From the NCBI GenBank assembly GCA_002633005.1, contig NMRA01000127.1:566438-630437 (forward strand): DNA of 64,000 nt, read 5' to 3'. The position numbers were made by a program, and so were the translations under genes. Under the pieces are notes generated by a model. That model was not told the DNA's origin and searched no databases. It saw only the letters and a list, made by a program, of their open reading frames with translations. Origin of the DNA: Phoronis australis (lineage: Eukaryota > Animalia > Phoronida). Below are positions 10,318-23,500 of this stretch, piece after piece (the stretch's first letter is position 1; each line of letters opens with the position of its first letter).

Positions 10318-13300
10318 GTAGGAACCGTTGATCAAATTTAATTGATATTTTCAGTGGTTATAGTTGCGAAAGTTGTTGCAGTACCCACCCCTTCTGTGGA
10401 GACTGAGAGCCGAGTTGTGATTCAAATATCGGCGTTCCCGGCGGAGTCGATTTCGGATATTCGACTTATTTGGCGAAATGTTTCTTTAATAGCTTCACTT
10501 TATTTACTTTTTCATTTAAATTTCACGTTTGCAATTTTCTAATTGTGGTTATTTTTAAAAGAACCTAGTGATGTGATGTTATCAGCGGAGAGCAACAAGT
10601 TGGAGCTGGAGATAGTCATGTCGACTTGAAGTGCAGTGTTACTCAGTGTTACTGCTGTAGTGAATGTTGTGTGTTTATATGCATCTTGCTTCTGATATAT
10701 AGTGTTCTGAAACTGTATCTGCTTTAAGTCCAAGAGGTTTTTGAGTATTTGAACTCCAATCGCAACTTTGTTAATTAATAAAAAATAGTTTGCATGCAAA
10801 TATCTGTTCTTGATTGTTGAACTTAGGTGTATATGATCCAAAAGATATCATTTTCAAGGAGTGATGTAGGCCTACATATAGCGTTTATATCATATATGTT
10901 ATGATATAGCAGTACAAAAACTGTGTCACTTCGTTCTAGTGAAAATACTGGACTCTAGTCGGATAATGGACTCTGATTTAGAGAACCAGTTTCATCCACT
11001 AAATAATGGCCGTTATTCTGTGATTGCCTGGTTCTCAAAATCAGGCTCCATTATATCCGACTAGTGCTGAAATACTGTTTGGGATTCAGGGTTTGTTTAC
11101 ATTGACTGAGTTCAGAGCACCTACCTTGTCTAGTAGCACATTCTTGTTCTTATAGTCTAGATTATAGTTTATCATGTTCACAGGTTCAAAAACATATAGT
11201 TCAAAGCCTGCAAGTAAAACTGGCTAAACAAGAGGCATTTTGTCCCTTGGCTTGTGCTGAACTTGAACCCTGAGTTGGGAAGTACCTTCCATGGTGTTTG
11301 TAGTTTGAAGTGAGAAAATAGGTTTAAGTTTTAATCCAGTTATATGCGACTATCTGGTGTACTGATTTTGTTTTCATTCAGCTGAGGTGTCTGACTTAAA
11401 ATTTCCGTGCAGGATGTTTTTGCAGTTAGAAGAAATATGCTGGTTTCTTAATTTGTTTTCTTTGGGAATTTTTTCCTATCCTAACTATAGTTTGTAATCA
11501 ACCAGTGTTGTTGGCATCATGACAGTTCAAGATATTCAGAAAGTTCTCAACAGGTACGCCATCTAAGTTAACATTGGAAATGCATTTTTATCAATCAAAG
11601 TTGCATTGAATAAGGAGCCCAGAGAAGGCAAACTTAGACTTGACTGTTCAACATAATTATAATGGGGAATACTATGGTTACGAGGGATTAAACTTGGCTA
11701 TTTAGCTTACAAAGTCTAATTCACTTGTGGTCAAGTTATGCAATGCTCATGTTTCCCTATATTTACTTAACTGGTGATAGTGCTAGAAACGTTTGCCAAA
11801 ATCTTCTTGTATTGCATTGGGTCGTGACTTATTTGGTATTTTTCAGATTACAACCATGGCCTAAAATGTATAGCATTCCATAGACACACAGATTTATAAA
11901 CAAATGTTTGTCTAAGACTCACTGCAGTCAGGTTGGCTTTCTATTCTACGGTTTGTAGGATGTGTGAGATGTGCTGACTGTAATCAATGGTCTTTTTTAA
12001 CTCTGAAATTCTGTGAGTTTAGACTGGAGCACGGTTTACTTTTAAAGCAGTCAGAAATTGCTCGTGAATTTTCTAGTTCGTTTGAATGAAATGGATTTTA
12101 TTTTGTGAGTAATGCTCAAAATAGCTCGAAATTTCTTCAGTAATCCTTGTCATGTTATAGATTGTATAATCCCTTATGTGTTACAACTATTTTTTAATTT
12201 TTTAATTTTTAGACTGTATCAGTCTTTTTCTATTTCATAATTTTAAAAGTAAACCGCACACTTAAAAAGGACGAAGTGAGCTTTTTGTTTTACAATCCAA
12301 TTGGATATTGAAGCACTCCCAAAGATTCTTTTGACCCTCTCAACCTTCTTGGATTCCTGTGAATTACATAACAACTCATACTTCTTTAGAACACTGCATA
12401 CCAGTCTTTCCATTTATGTTCTGCATCTTTCTATATGCACCTTCACTTGTCAAAAGATATTCAATCCCACCGGGTTTCAGCCGGCTACTGAAGCTGGCAA
12501 ACAAACATGATTGCCTATTGTCGGCGTGGTTGCTGTATTCATTTCACTGTGCGTGTCACTGTGGCAGGTTGGAAATGTTTGCCACAAAATCTGAAAAATT
12601 TCCCCTAAAAGATATATACAGTAACACCAAATGAACACTTTCCATGTTCAAGTTCTGTACTGTTGTTACTGTCAAACTCTTTGAAGAACTGTGAGCATTC
12701 ACAGCAATGTTTGTTGCCCTTCAAAAGTGAAAAGAGACAATTGTGTTTATATGAAATTGGAGAGAGTTCACTGTGGCTACCTGAGATTTAGTCTCACAAC
12801 TGTTAGTCTATGTGGTATTTAGTCTCGCAACTGTTAGTCGATATCTATGGCCATACCTCAAGTCATTTTTAAAAGATCTAATTTTTTTGTACATTTTTAC
12901 TGGAGTGGCTATAAATTATATTTGAAAGAAGTTCTGTAATACAAGAAATGGATTAATCACGTTCTACAACAAAAAAGAAGTGAAAAGACTTGAGTAATAA
13001 TTCAGCAGACGGATTGTATTCTAGCATTAACTACACGGACGGAAGATGTTGTTGGCTTGGCTTAGCACAACCGCTCAATTTCTTTCCATGTTGAATTCTC
13101 GTGATGTGTTTTTTACATCAGCTTTAAATCTACATAGCGTAGATACCTGTAGTTTTAGTTTCTGCTAAAATGCCCTCTGATCCTACTGCCGGTTTGAGGA
13201 GATGAGTAGTAATGTCTATAACCTTCAGGACTTAACATTCCAGACCCCTGACAACCACTGGGTTTCAAAATGAGCTTGTCCAACTCATCCATCAGTTCTA

Positions 13301-16300
13301 ATGTTAAATCAGCAACAGAAGCTTGAAGCAGGAAGTTATAATTGAATGGTTAATGAACGTACTATTGGTATCACTTGGGTGCAAGCAGTGTTGAGCTTAA
13401 GACTGAGTAGGCTTTAAACAAAAACTAAGATGAGTTTGAATGGTCTAAGCACTGCCTATGAGCTGAGCTATTCACTCAGGATATAACCCAATCACGGAAT
13501 ACTGAAAGTCTGTTCTCATGTGTTATTTCAGAACTTCAACCATTGTTTCTTCTGCTGTATGTACACAGAATATGTGATTTTGCTATGGAGCTCTTAACAT
13601 GGGTGTAGAAAGTTCTAAAACTGACGAAAAAATAAAATTTTCATAGTTTATAAATTCTCAGAAGCACGTCCTCATTTTTGGTATTGGTTTCCAGATGTGC
13701 CCCATAAATGGATGAAAAAATGGTTGTCTGCTTTTTAAAATTATTCAGTAGGACTGGGACAAGCAATTTCTGTCAGTTTGCATGGTTTGTCAGTCTTGGT
13801 CAGCACATTAGCTTTCTAGAATGACCAGATGACTTGAAGTGTCCTAGGTCAAGCCATGAGTGGACAACAAACAGTACCATTAGTGTAATTACATTCCGCA
13901 CCTTAAAATCTTAGGTTAGTGTAATTAATGAGCTTAGCAACTGTTTCAATTGCTGATCCATGAATCAAGATTCAGAGTTGAACTGGTCAGATTGGTAGCT
14001 CTGGAATGCTACGAATTTAAGGAAAACTCTTTAAAGTTGAATCAATCTGCGTAAAATTTAAGTCTTTACTTCGGAAATTATTTTCACGTGATTGGATCAT
14101 AATTTCCATCATTTAAGGTGAATCAAGATTTTTTTATTGCTAAATCGGAACCCTTCTTTAATTTGAACAGTACGAAAAATTTTTTAATCATTTTGGAGTT
14201 TTATTTATTTCTTTATTAAGATATTTACTTGAAAATTAAATCCTAGGAAGCGTTTCGTAGATTCAGGATACTCGCATGTAAATCTAGTGCGATCACATGC
14301 TTCTATTGTGATGCATGGTAATACCTATCATTTGCAAGTCTTTGCACTCGTGTGATTTCACTTTCGTATCAAGGAACTTGCTCTACGGAACTTTGTTTCA
14401 GTGGTCACCTGATCACTTTCCAACGTTCCGCTGCTGACGTCATTTATCTTTCTTGTCCCTTGCATGGGTTTTCTGACACGCATCTCATAATGAGTTCCCC
14501 AGCATACAATGTGGGGGCAGTGTGTTAATGAATGGCGTATTGCTTGTAAACATCATTCTGACTACTCACATGCCAAGCACTAGAAACGGAAATGAGGTCT
14601 GCCGTCTTGTCAATTTTTTCAAGCTATAAATAACTAAAACTGGGAAAGCGAGATACCTCGGAACTCACCTGGTATGCAATTGAAAGTTTAAGCACAGTTC
14701 TTGACCAGCTTTTATGACAATTGAGGAAAACCCTCTTGACAAAGAATGTTTCTTCATATTATAACCCAATGTGGCGGAACAGTAAACTTTTATTTTATCA
14801 AATTACGTAGTACAGTTGTCTTCAACAAACATGACGACTTTTCGAAAATTTTGGCAATGCAGTGTTAGAAAAATGACAATTTTGATCACTATTTTTGTTC
14901 GAATTAGAGGAAACTTTAGGGTAATAGAAATGTCATGGGGACAGATTTCAAATTGTTTACTTGTTAAATTGTTTGATTTTGTAATCCTCTCAAATGCAGT
15001 CTGCCATAACTTATTCATAGAGTAAATGTAAATATTTTACACCAATATCTTTCATCACATGTCAGATATTGCTGTTTTTGTGAACTGTGATCTGTTCATT
15101 GTGAATGCTAGATGTTTGGTTCAAAGGCCAGTTTTGAGATTATTTGTTTTGCTCCGAACAGATGTTGGGCACATGTTATTCAGTAGTTATAAATTTTGCT
15201 GTCAAACTGTTCAATAAATTGTAGGTATCAAAGTTTGCCCTAACCAATATATTGCTGCAGTACACATTTAGAGCATGAAACTGGGTTGCTCTCATTAAGA
15301 TACATGGTTTGTCTGTTTAGTTAGTTATAGTTTTAACTTGCTTTAACATGTTGAATCATCAATAACATGGACATATTTTTAAATAAACTAGATCTGTTGT
15401 ATCATTAGTTGCTAATACAACACTCGCACATGTTATGCCCACTTATTCAGTGGAAGTAACTGGTTCTCGAGACGCCAGGTCGTCACATCTGATCTCTTCT
15501 AACTTCGAATCCTTAGAATGAAAAGTATACGAGTCGTCTAGTGATGAATATCTAAGAAAGCTTTTTAAAATACAGCGTTTGGAATGAGGCACAGAGTGTT
15601 AGCCGTTACTAATTTTCTGTGACTCTTAAAACTATCTACCATCTGATTTCACAAGATAAGAAGGATCAGGGGTTCGCATGTTATTTTCAGAATGTGAACC
15701 AGTTATTCAGTCTGCCTTCTGATCTAAGAGCACGTGAACGCCGTGTTACTACTGTAGTTTTTACCGGCAAGTGACAAACCCTGTGTGGACATCCCAAGCT
15801 CGCTCCTACAAGGCGGGTGCAACGTTTTCTGTACTATCTAATGGCCATTTTCATAATACTGATTAAACCCCTATAGGCAGACTGTTTGTAGCACAATTCA
15901 ACAATTTGCGTTTCTCTTGTTAATAATACTTTGACCTTTTGAAAAATGGGAATTGTCTACTGGTAAGTGTTCCTGTTTGAATTCAAATTTGCGCTGTATT
16001 GTTCTTGATGGTCTAGATAAAATTTAGAAATTCAATGACAGGATATTCATCATCAAAACATGCCATTCATCTGTTAGTAAGCTTGTTTCTATCATGGTGC
16101 TTATTTGATTGTTGAGGAATGCGTTGTTTACTAGCCAGTTAAATTTTTTGTGGTGGTGACTTCTATTTTCTGTTTGAAACTGAGGCTGGCTTGACGAAAA
16201 AGGATGCCTTGTTAAAATGTTCAAACTATGCGAGTGCTGTGGTTTAGTGTAAATTTTGAATTCATCGTTGGTCGCAAACTTCTGATGCCATTCAGACTTG

Positions 16301-17525
16301 ACAAGACTCATTGATTCAAAAATTCCTGTGTGCAGACAAAGTGATTTCGTAGGTGTTATGCGAGTTCGTTGGGTATGGAGTACTAACTCTCTGCGGCAGA
16401 CAAGATGAAGATGTCAACATTTTTTTTATGGCTTGATGTTGCATACAGTTGCTGTTGTCCTTAGATTTCAAAGTTCAGCTACTTGCTGTTTATTGTTAAA
16501 GGCATGCCCTTGTGTTTCCATCTATAAAATGTCTGATAAGTGATGTTAAATTGCTTGAGTATCATTCCACAGGTCTGGAGTGGTTTATCAGAGAATGAAA
16601 TCAAAGATCAAGCAGTTAGGCTAATCACTGTGATTTACTGCAATTAACTGGTGCCACTGTGAAACAATGGTTTGGTACGAGTGACCTCTGACCCTAGTGT
16701 GGTAGAACAAAATGTGGCAGAAAAGTGAAATTTTATTTCGTGGAAACAAACAGGAAAAGTTTACTTGCTAGTGTGCGCAGTCTATATGACTACGGTATAT
16801 TCTTTTACGAGGGGGGTCGCATTTTCTTAATTAGTTTGATGCCTGTTATTCAGTAGAGAAAATTGTTTCTTAAAGTGCGGTAAACCTTGTAAGTGACTTG
16901 TTACCTTTCATGTTATACAGCTGTAGTCAACAAACATATTACAAAATTTTGAGCAGTTTTGACCATGCGATGACCGTTCAGCAAATGAAGAAAGGACAAT
17001 TTTGGCAATTATTTTTGTTCTCATTTGGGAAATTTAATCATAGGTTTTAGTTTGGATACTTCCTTGTATCAGTGTCTAGGATGGATAAATGATGTTAACA
17101 GAGCCAGTAAGAAGTGGTATTGCGAGGGGGAAACAGGATGGTATCGCGAGAGGAGAGGGGGAGGACGAGGTAAAACTGACTCATTCGGCAACTAGGAAAG
17201 GGGTGATGTGATATGTTAGGGTTGTGGAAGAGGGTGAGTGACACTATTTTCTTTTGACCCTGATTACAATAATCTTAAAGTACACTAATGGCCCCTGTCA
17301 ATCTAATTGCAGAGGTCCATTTTGCTAAACAGAAATAGGTAGGGCAAGGGGAACTTGAATTATTTGATGGGGTGATGTAAAATTTGAGGGTCGTGAGTAG
17401 CACTAATTTCTTCTGCCCCAGGTAATGATAATCCTAAGTACCGCCATCACTGGCTTGTCAATCTAAAGTCCGGTCCACACACAGCGTACCCTAGATCAAC
17501 TTACCCCACTTGTAAGTGGAGCGTC

Positions 17526-17576
<51 letters not shown>

Positions 17577-20500
17577 CCCATAACTTGGATGAGGCGGAAG
17601 TTGTTGCTCTGTGCATTACAATGAACACCTAATGTGATAACGGCGGGTAAGAGAAAACCCTATGTAACGACAGCTGATAGTTACTTCCATCTTGCCCCAG
17701 GTTTGCGGCCACCCAGGAAGTGGCGCGAGTTACCCTAGAACAAGTTACCCCACCTGGATAATGTGGAGTTAGTTGTCACAAGTGGGGTGTGTTGTACTGG
17801 TTTAAATAACGTCCGCACAGCCTCCACATCTAGCGACAACTCGTTTGAGTAGTAACTTATCTAGGGGAGGTAAGTCTGTGTGTGGAGGTAAGTCTGTGTG
17901 TGGACGGCACTTAATTGTGGAATTCATTAAGCTAAAACAACTTATGAAATATGCAAGAGTCTCCAGTGGTCTAATTAAATAGAATCAAAGATTGTAAACA
18001 TGTGTAAGAGGTCAAGCCCTGTCTGAACGTGGCGGGATTTGAACATGTTGAAATCATCACCTAAGTAAAGTGTTATCTTTGGATCTGATAGAACCTGATG
18101 TTCCAAAACTCGTGTGTTTGCATCAAGATCTAATAAATTAATTTGCTTTTGTATTGAAAATCTCATATGCTTGCCTCAAGATCTATCAAATGTATAGGTT
18201 TTTGCACTGAGTTGTGCCCGGGTGTTGTCGAGAGGGCTTATGTTCCTCTTTCCATGATAAGAACGAAACATGTTGTTTTAGAACTCTTGATCAAGAGTTT
18301 TGAAGCAGTGCTCTTGTTGGATGTAACATAGTGTTACCTCTTAATTCCCCGATATTTGCATAGTTCATCTGATCCCCTTGAGTCCCTCTGTATTTCTGTT
18401 TGCTTTCCTTCCCCTACGGGCCCTTCAGGGACCATACCAGAGCTTGCTCATCTAATTATCCCTTTTTGAGCCTGAGTGCAAGTCAAACACAGTCAAGAGT
18501 CTGAATTAACTGAACTATCAACAGGTTATTAACTTCAGTGGGAAACCTTTCTGTCATAGCAATCATGACCAACCTATGCTGCTGAACTGGGGTGAATATT
18601 GCTGTGCAAGGCCTCAGCACCTGCTGTTTCACAAATTTCCTTTGAAGTGTCCGAAATCTACTCTTTGGAACAGTGAGACATTCTGCACTTTAGTAGGAAC
18701 CTCACATGTAGAATCTGCTAAAACCAACCCTTGCTGGACCCGCAATGCAAGCATAGTAGAAAGAACCTTTCATTTCCCATTTTTACACCAACAGTTCGTT
18801 GGCTTATTAATTAGCTGGAATGCAGGGAGGAGTTCGGCCAATCCTGAACAGACCTGAAGATGGAGAGAGCTCACGACTCCCAGTTACTAACCAAAGGGGA
18901 CAGGAGATAAAATGATTTTAAGAGAGTAAAACTAGTACTAACGAAGGATGGTAGTTGAGGTAAATTGGGTGTCGGCCAGGGGCGAATGGAGGGGAAAGGG
19001 AGATAAGCTGATGTCGACCTTGGGGCAAAACCGGCTGGTGACCAAGCATTGGAAGTGAAACTGATGTCAACCAGGGAGTTGTGCTTATTATTTTTTCCCC
19101 CCTACTAAACCAAACTTTCCTACGCCTATGCTATTAGCAACCCCAGTGAGAATCTGCAGGTCAAATCTGGCTATATTTCAATCATTAGCATCTTATTAAC
19201 CCTAATGCCAAGACGAATACGCAAAATCTGGAAAAACCAGGCTCACTCCCATATGAGGATATGTATTCAAATTAGTGCAAGGTATTATTTCACATTTTTG
19301 TTGTTAATGATTCAGAAAATGTACCTGTTCATCCATGAACATGCTATTAACCTCAGTGAGAACCCTCCCCCCAGGCCAAAACTGTGGTTGCTAACCTAAG
19401 GACACTGCAGTGCTACGCATATTTTATTTCAGTTTTTGGTACAATTATTTGTAAACAGTGACTATTCATTTGTATCTTTGTGGGCATTGCAAGAATTTAG
19501 GGCAACTTTTTCACCCTGTTATTTCAGCCTGGGGGTGACGGTGTTGCCTGACAGTTCATTGGGCTCCGGTCTGTGGGACATCATGATTCATTCCAATATT
19601 AACCCTCTGGCCATGTCAGGTCTCTCACAAAATACCAGTCGAATTTAAGCTGTGCTTCACACACCTGTAATTTTTCTTTAAAGTGTTTTTGTTCATGAAA
19701 GTTTACGGCCCCTGAAGTTCAGTCCTAGGACACCTTTGAGATATTTCATCTTTTCTCTTCAGAAAGTATACGAGATATTGTTCGCCTATTAAATGTTCAT
19801 TGATGAGTTATCTTGTTTACTATTTTTGTTTAATCGTGCATCGCAGCAATTTCTAGGATAAGGATTGGGAATTTAGGTCTTGTTTAACTTTCTATTGGGT
19901 GTGGGCTAGCTATCGGTTGCATCAAGTCCTCTTTATGTGTCAAGAAATTGACACTGTATGGATACTTCGCCTATTTAGAACGAAAATATTATCTCGACCT
20001 GTGTCTTACGCTCTACTATATATGTTCTGACCTTTGAAAGCAATTTTGTTTTGATAAGCATTGTAAGCTGTTCTACGTTTTTCACAGTTTGGTATGCGGG
20101 GCATTTTTGTATCTGAACATTAGCCAGTGTTGACTGAATAACAGTGATATAAATTAGCACATGAACTGGGTATCATTTTTGTTTGGTTGTGGTGTGTGTT
20201 GTACTGCTGCTAGGAAAGAAAGTTCATTCGTCATTCAGCCCGTAACTGGTCTGGGGGGGTACCAAAGTATTCGAATGCCCCTTGTTTGTCTTCCTTAGAG
20301 TTAGAAATTGTTGTAATGAATCTCAAGTCTCCGTCGTCACACCTGGTCGTTTACACGATCCTGGATCCACGCCTGTGTAAACTTTTTCAAAGTTTTTCAA
20401 ATTCAGGCATCGTGCATTAGTGACATCCTTCCACAGTTATAGCAGATAGCAGAACTCTCTGGTCTTGTTGAACTCCAAGCTGCCTCTATTATCAGGCTGC

Positions 20501-23500
20501 CTCTGCTACGGTATTCATCAACTTATTTCTCTTGGCAGATGTTCCTGCAAAACAGACAGTCATCATAGTGGTGATATGTTGGTACATGTGTTTTGCTGTA
20601 CATGTTTTGCGTTTGTGGTGGAGTGTTTTGTAGACGCATTCATTTTTCGTCATTTTTCAAACATTTCAGTTCTCAGGTGATTCACCATTTTTTTGCATCA
20701 GACAAGAAGACAGGTGCGTTTTCTGCTGCTAAGCCTTTTTCAGAAATAGACTCTGCAAATTGAACCTCAGTTCTCAGTTTCTAATCGATTTGGGCGTTTT
20801 TTGATGAATTGTTCAGATATTTTCTGTCGTTAAGGCATGTGGGTATGTACTGAATACCTCAGGCCTCGCAATAAAGAAGTAGTTAACTCTGCAGAGGAGG
20901 GTTGACTTGCACAGTCACTCCCTGTTTAAACCAAATGTGAAATTTGTAAAGTTATTTATTTTAGCACATGCTCTGTCCATAGAAAATAAAGTTACTGTTC
21001 TGTCTGCTGGAAGATGTCATTCTACACCATCATCTGACCCAAATAAGTGACACCTTGGTAAATGATGTACTCTAACAGCCAATGTAAAACTTTCTGATGT
21101 TGTGACCCCTCTGTGTATCTTGCATTGATTGCATGCAAGCTATGCATAGCCCTGTCAGATGACTGGCCGACTTGTGTCAGGTGTTTTCATCAAATATCTA
21201 TTGATGACAGTCCGTTGCTCTGGACCACGGTGTTGTAGCCAGTGCCTGATACAACCACAGTTGAGTCAAGACTAAAAATTGGTCAACCACAGTGCATGAA
21301 ATTAAGATTACTCAAAGAGTGGCTTGTAGGATGTGCTTGGGAAATGGACATGTGTCAGTTTTGGAGCAAAGTGCAGAAAGCATTGTGCCTACCATTTCAG
21401 CTTCAAGTCCTTAAATTCATATTTTTAGGGTTATTGTGCATAACCAAGACATGGGCTTTCAGAAGTTTTTTTTTCTTGAATGTATGGGTGGGCATTCTGC
21501 TGAATATTGTCCCTTTAATCTTAAAAATGTTATTTTGGAACCTAGAAAAATGCCCTAATTCGCTTCTCGGTTTCATGTGAAATTTTCAGAAACTATGCCC
21601 TATGCTATGTTCTAAACTGAATGGTTTTTAAAATATTCCACATTTGCATGAGGGCTATCAAAAATAGGATGATTTTCATGAATAAACTCTAAAACTGCGC
21701 AAATCAAAAGCAAAATAATTTAGAAAACCGCTTTGAGATCACGCGTTGAATGTTTTTTTAGATAAAATTTGATCATGTAGCTGATACCATTGCTATTAAT
21801 GTACCTTTCTTTTTTGCTAAATTTTATTAAAAAGACGTGGTCACCTGTCCCAATTAAAGATGGATTGATAAAAAGTCAAATCAAATTCTGCAGGTTTTTT
21901 ACTTGAAAAAGATATGTATTTTTATTGAGTTAAAATCTACAGTTTTCTAGATACATGGCAAAATACACAATCACACTTGTCAATATGGTCCTGAATCTTA
22001 ACCCAAATGAGACCTATATTTTTTAACCAATACTCAGCTTTTAAACAGAGCTGAAGGTTCACCGGAGGGCTTTCCACCACTTGGTGAATTGGATATAAAC
22101 CAAAAATTGGGAGGAAAATTCTTGTTCAGTGTGTTAGTACTAACCAAATTAAATTCCCTTGATATATATTTCACCTCTATATTTTCATCTAACAACGATG
22201 AATCAAATCGTCTGTCATTGGTGAGCTCAGTTTTTACCTAATGATGTCATGTAGTTACCCGAATGCCAGTCAATGAGCCCAGTGAATGCTTCAGTCCATG
22301 AGTTCACCGGTAGGTTTAAAAACACAAGTGGTGGAGTGACAAGCAAACAGTAAAAAGTCGAATCTTCAAGTGAATAAATTCTTTCGAAGGTTTTAATATT
22401 CGTGCTGTTATATTCGCCGTATTATTTCTTTAGATAAATGCGTTCTCGTGATCGCAATTTCGATGTGTGTTAGTTAATGTTTGACCTGCAATTCGAGTGT
22501 GACGTGTAGCAGTGGCAGATTTACGTTTTATTAAGGAGGGGTTTAGGATTTGTGTGTATCCGAGGTGCGTAGCGCCGAGTGGGGGGGTCAAGAGGGGGTC
22601 CCCCTCTCATGTAAGATTATTTTGTGTGTTTTTTTTGTAGCCGATTTCGTTTTCTTGGCGACATTTTTTTTTTATCTTTGATCCTATTCCGGGGGGTTAA
22701 GCCCCTGAAACCCCCTCCCCCCATAGGTCCGCCTCTGTCTAGGGCACTTGATTCTACACTTTCACTGTGTGGACTTCCAACCCTATTTAAGGGTTGGTTT
22801 CCCCACTAGTATTTTTTGTGCTGTGTTTCTGTTCTGTATCCTTAACCACTTACCCTGCCACTAGTGTGGTCCATGTTTTATGTCACTGTTCTAACAGAGC
22901 TGGTGCATTTGTCTAGCTCAGTTTATTTTGTGTTTTAGCACTAATTGCCATCAGGTTGAAGAACAGTTTCAGAGTTTATGATTTTCTGTGTAAACAAGGC
23001 TAGGGACCATGTAACTCAAGGTTTGTGTTTACATAGTTCTGTCCTGTGGGTCATATTTGGAGTCTTACATTGGCCACCTGTTTTTGTCAGCAAATGGCAA
23101 AAGTAATAAGACAAGATTACCCAGAATTCCCTAACATGATGGCGGGCTCAGTTCATGTCCATGGCCACAGTATCCATTTGATGATTTCCACTGTAATCAG
23201 AAAGTTAAGAAAATGAAAATTCTTTGCTGTAGATATGAATTTTGTCAGGGATAAATCATTGGCAGTAATTTAAATTGTAAGCTGTCATTCTGGGAGAGGA
23301 GTGCAACTGTTCTCCACAATTTTTTGGACTCGCTGCAGTTAAGAGTTGAATTTTTGTCACAATGAGTTTGGCCTCCTGCATAGAGTCAGTATAAGAAAAA
23401 GAATCATTCGCAAGCAGTTTCAGGGTTACCATAGAATCATACGCACTAGCATCGCATCTTATTAATGAACCACCTACCAACCTACGAATCATGCATACAA

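Noticed and set aside
15947-15968. Alternative first coding exon MGIVY (CTG|gtaagt)
   Set aside because: The phase-2 end creates TGA when joined to exon 3 and is out of phase with exon 2. It could only be non-coding, and has no further support.
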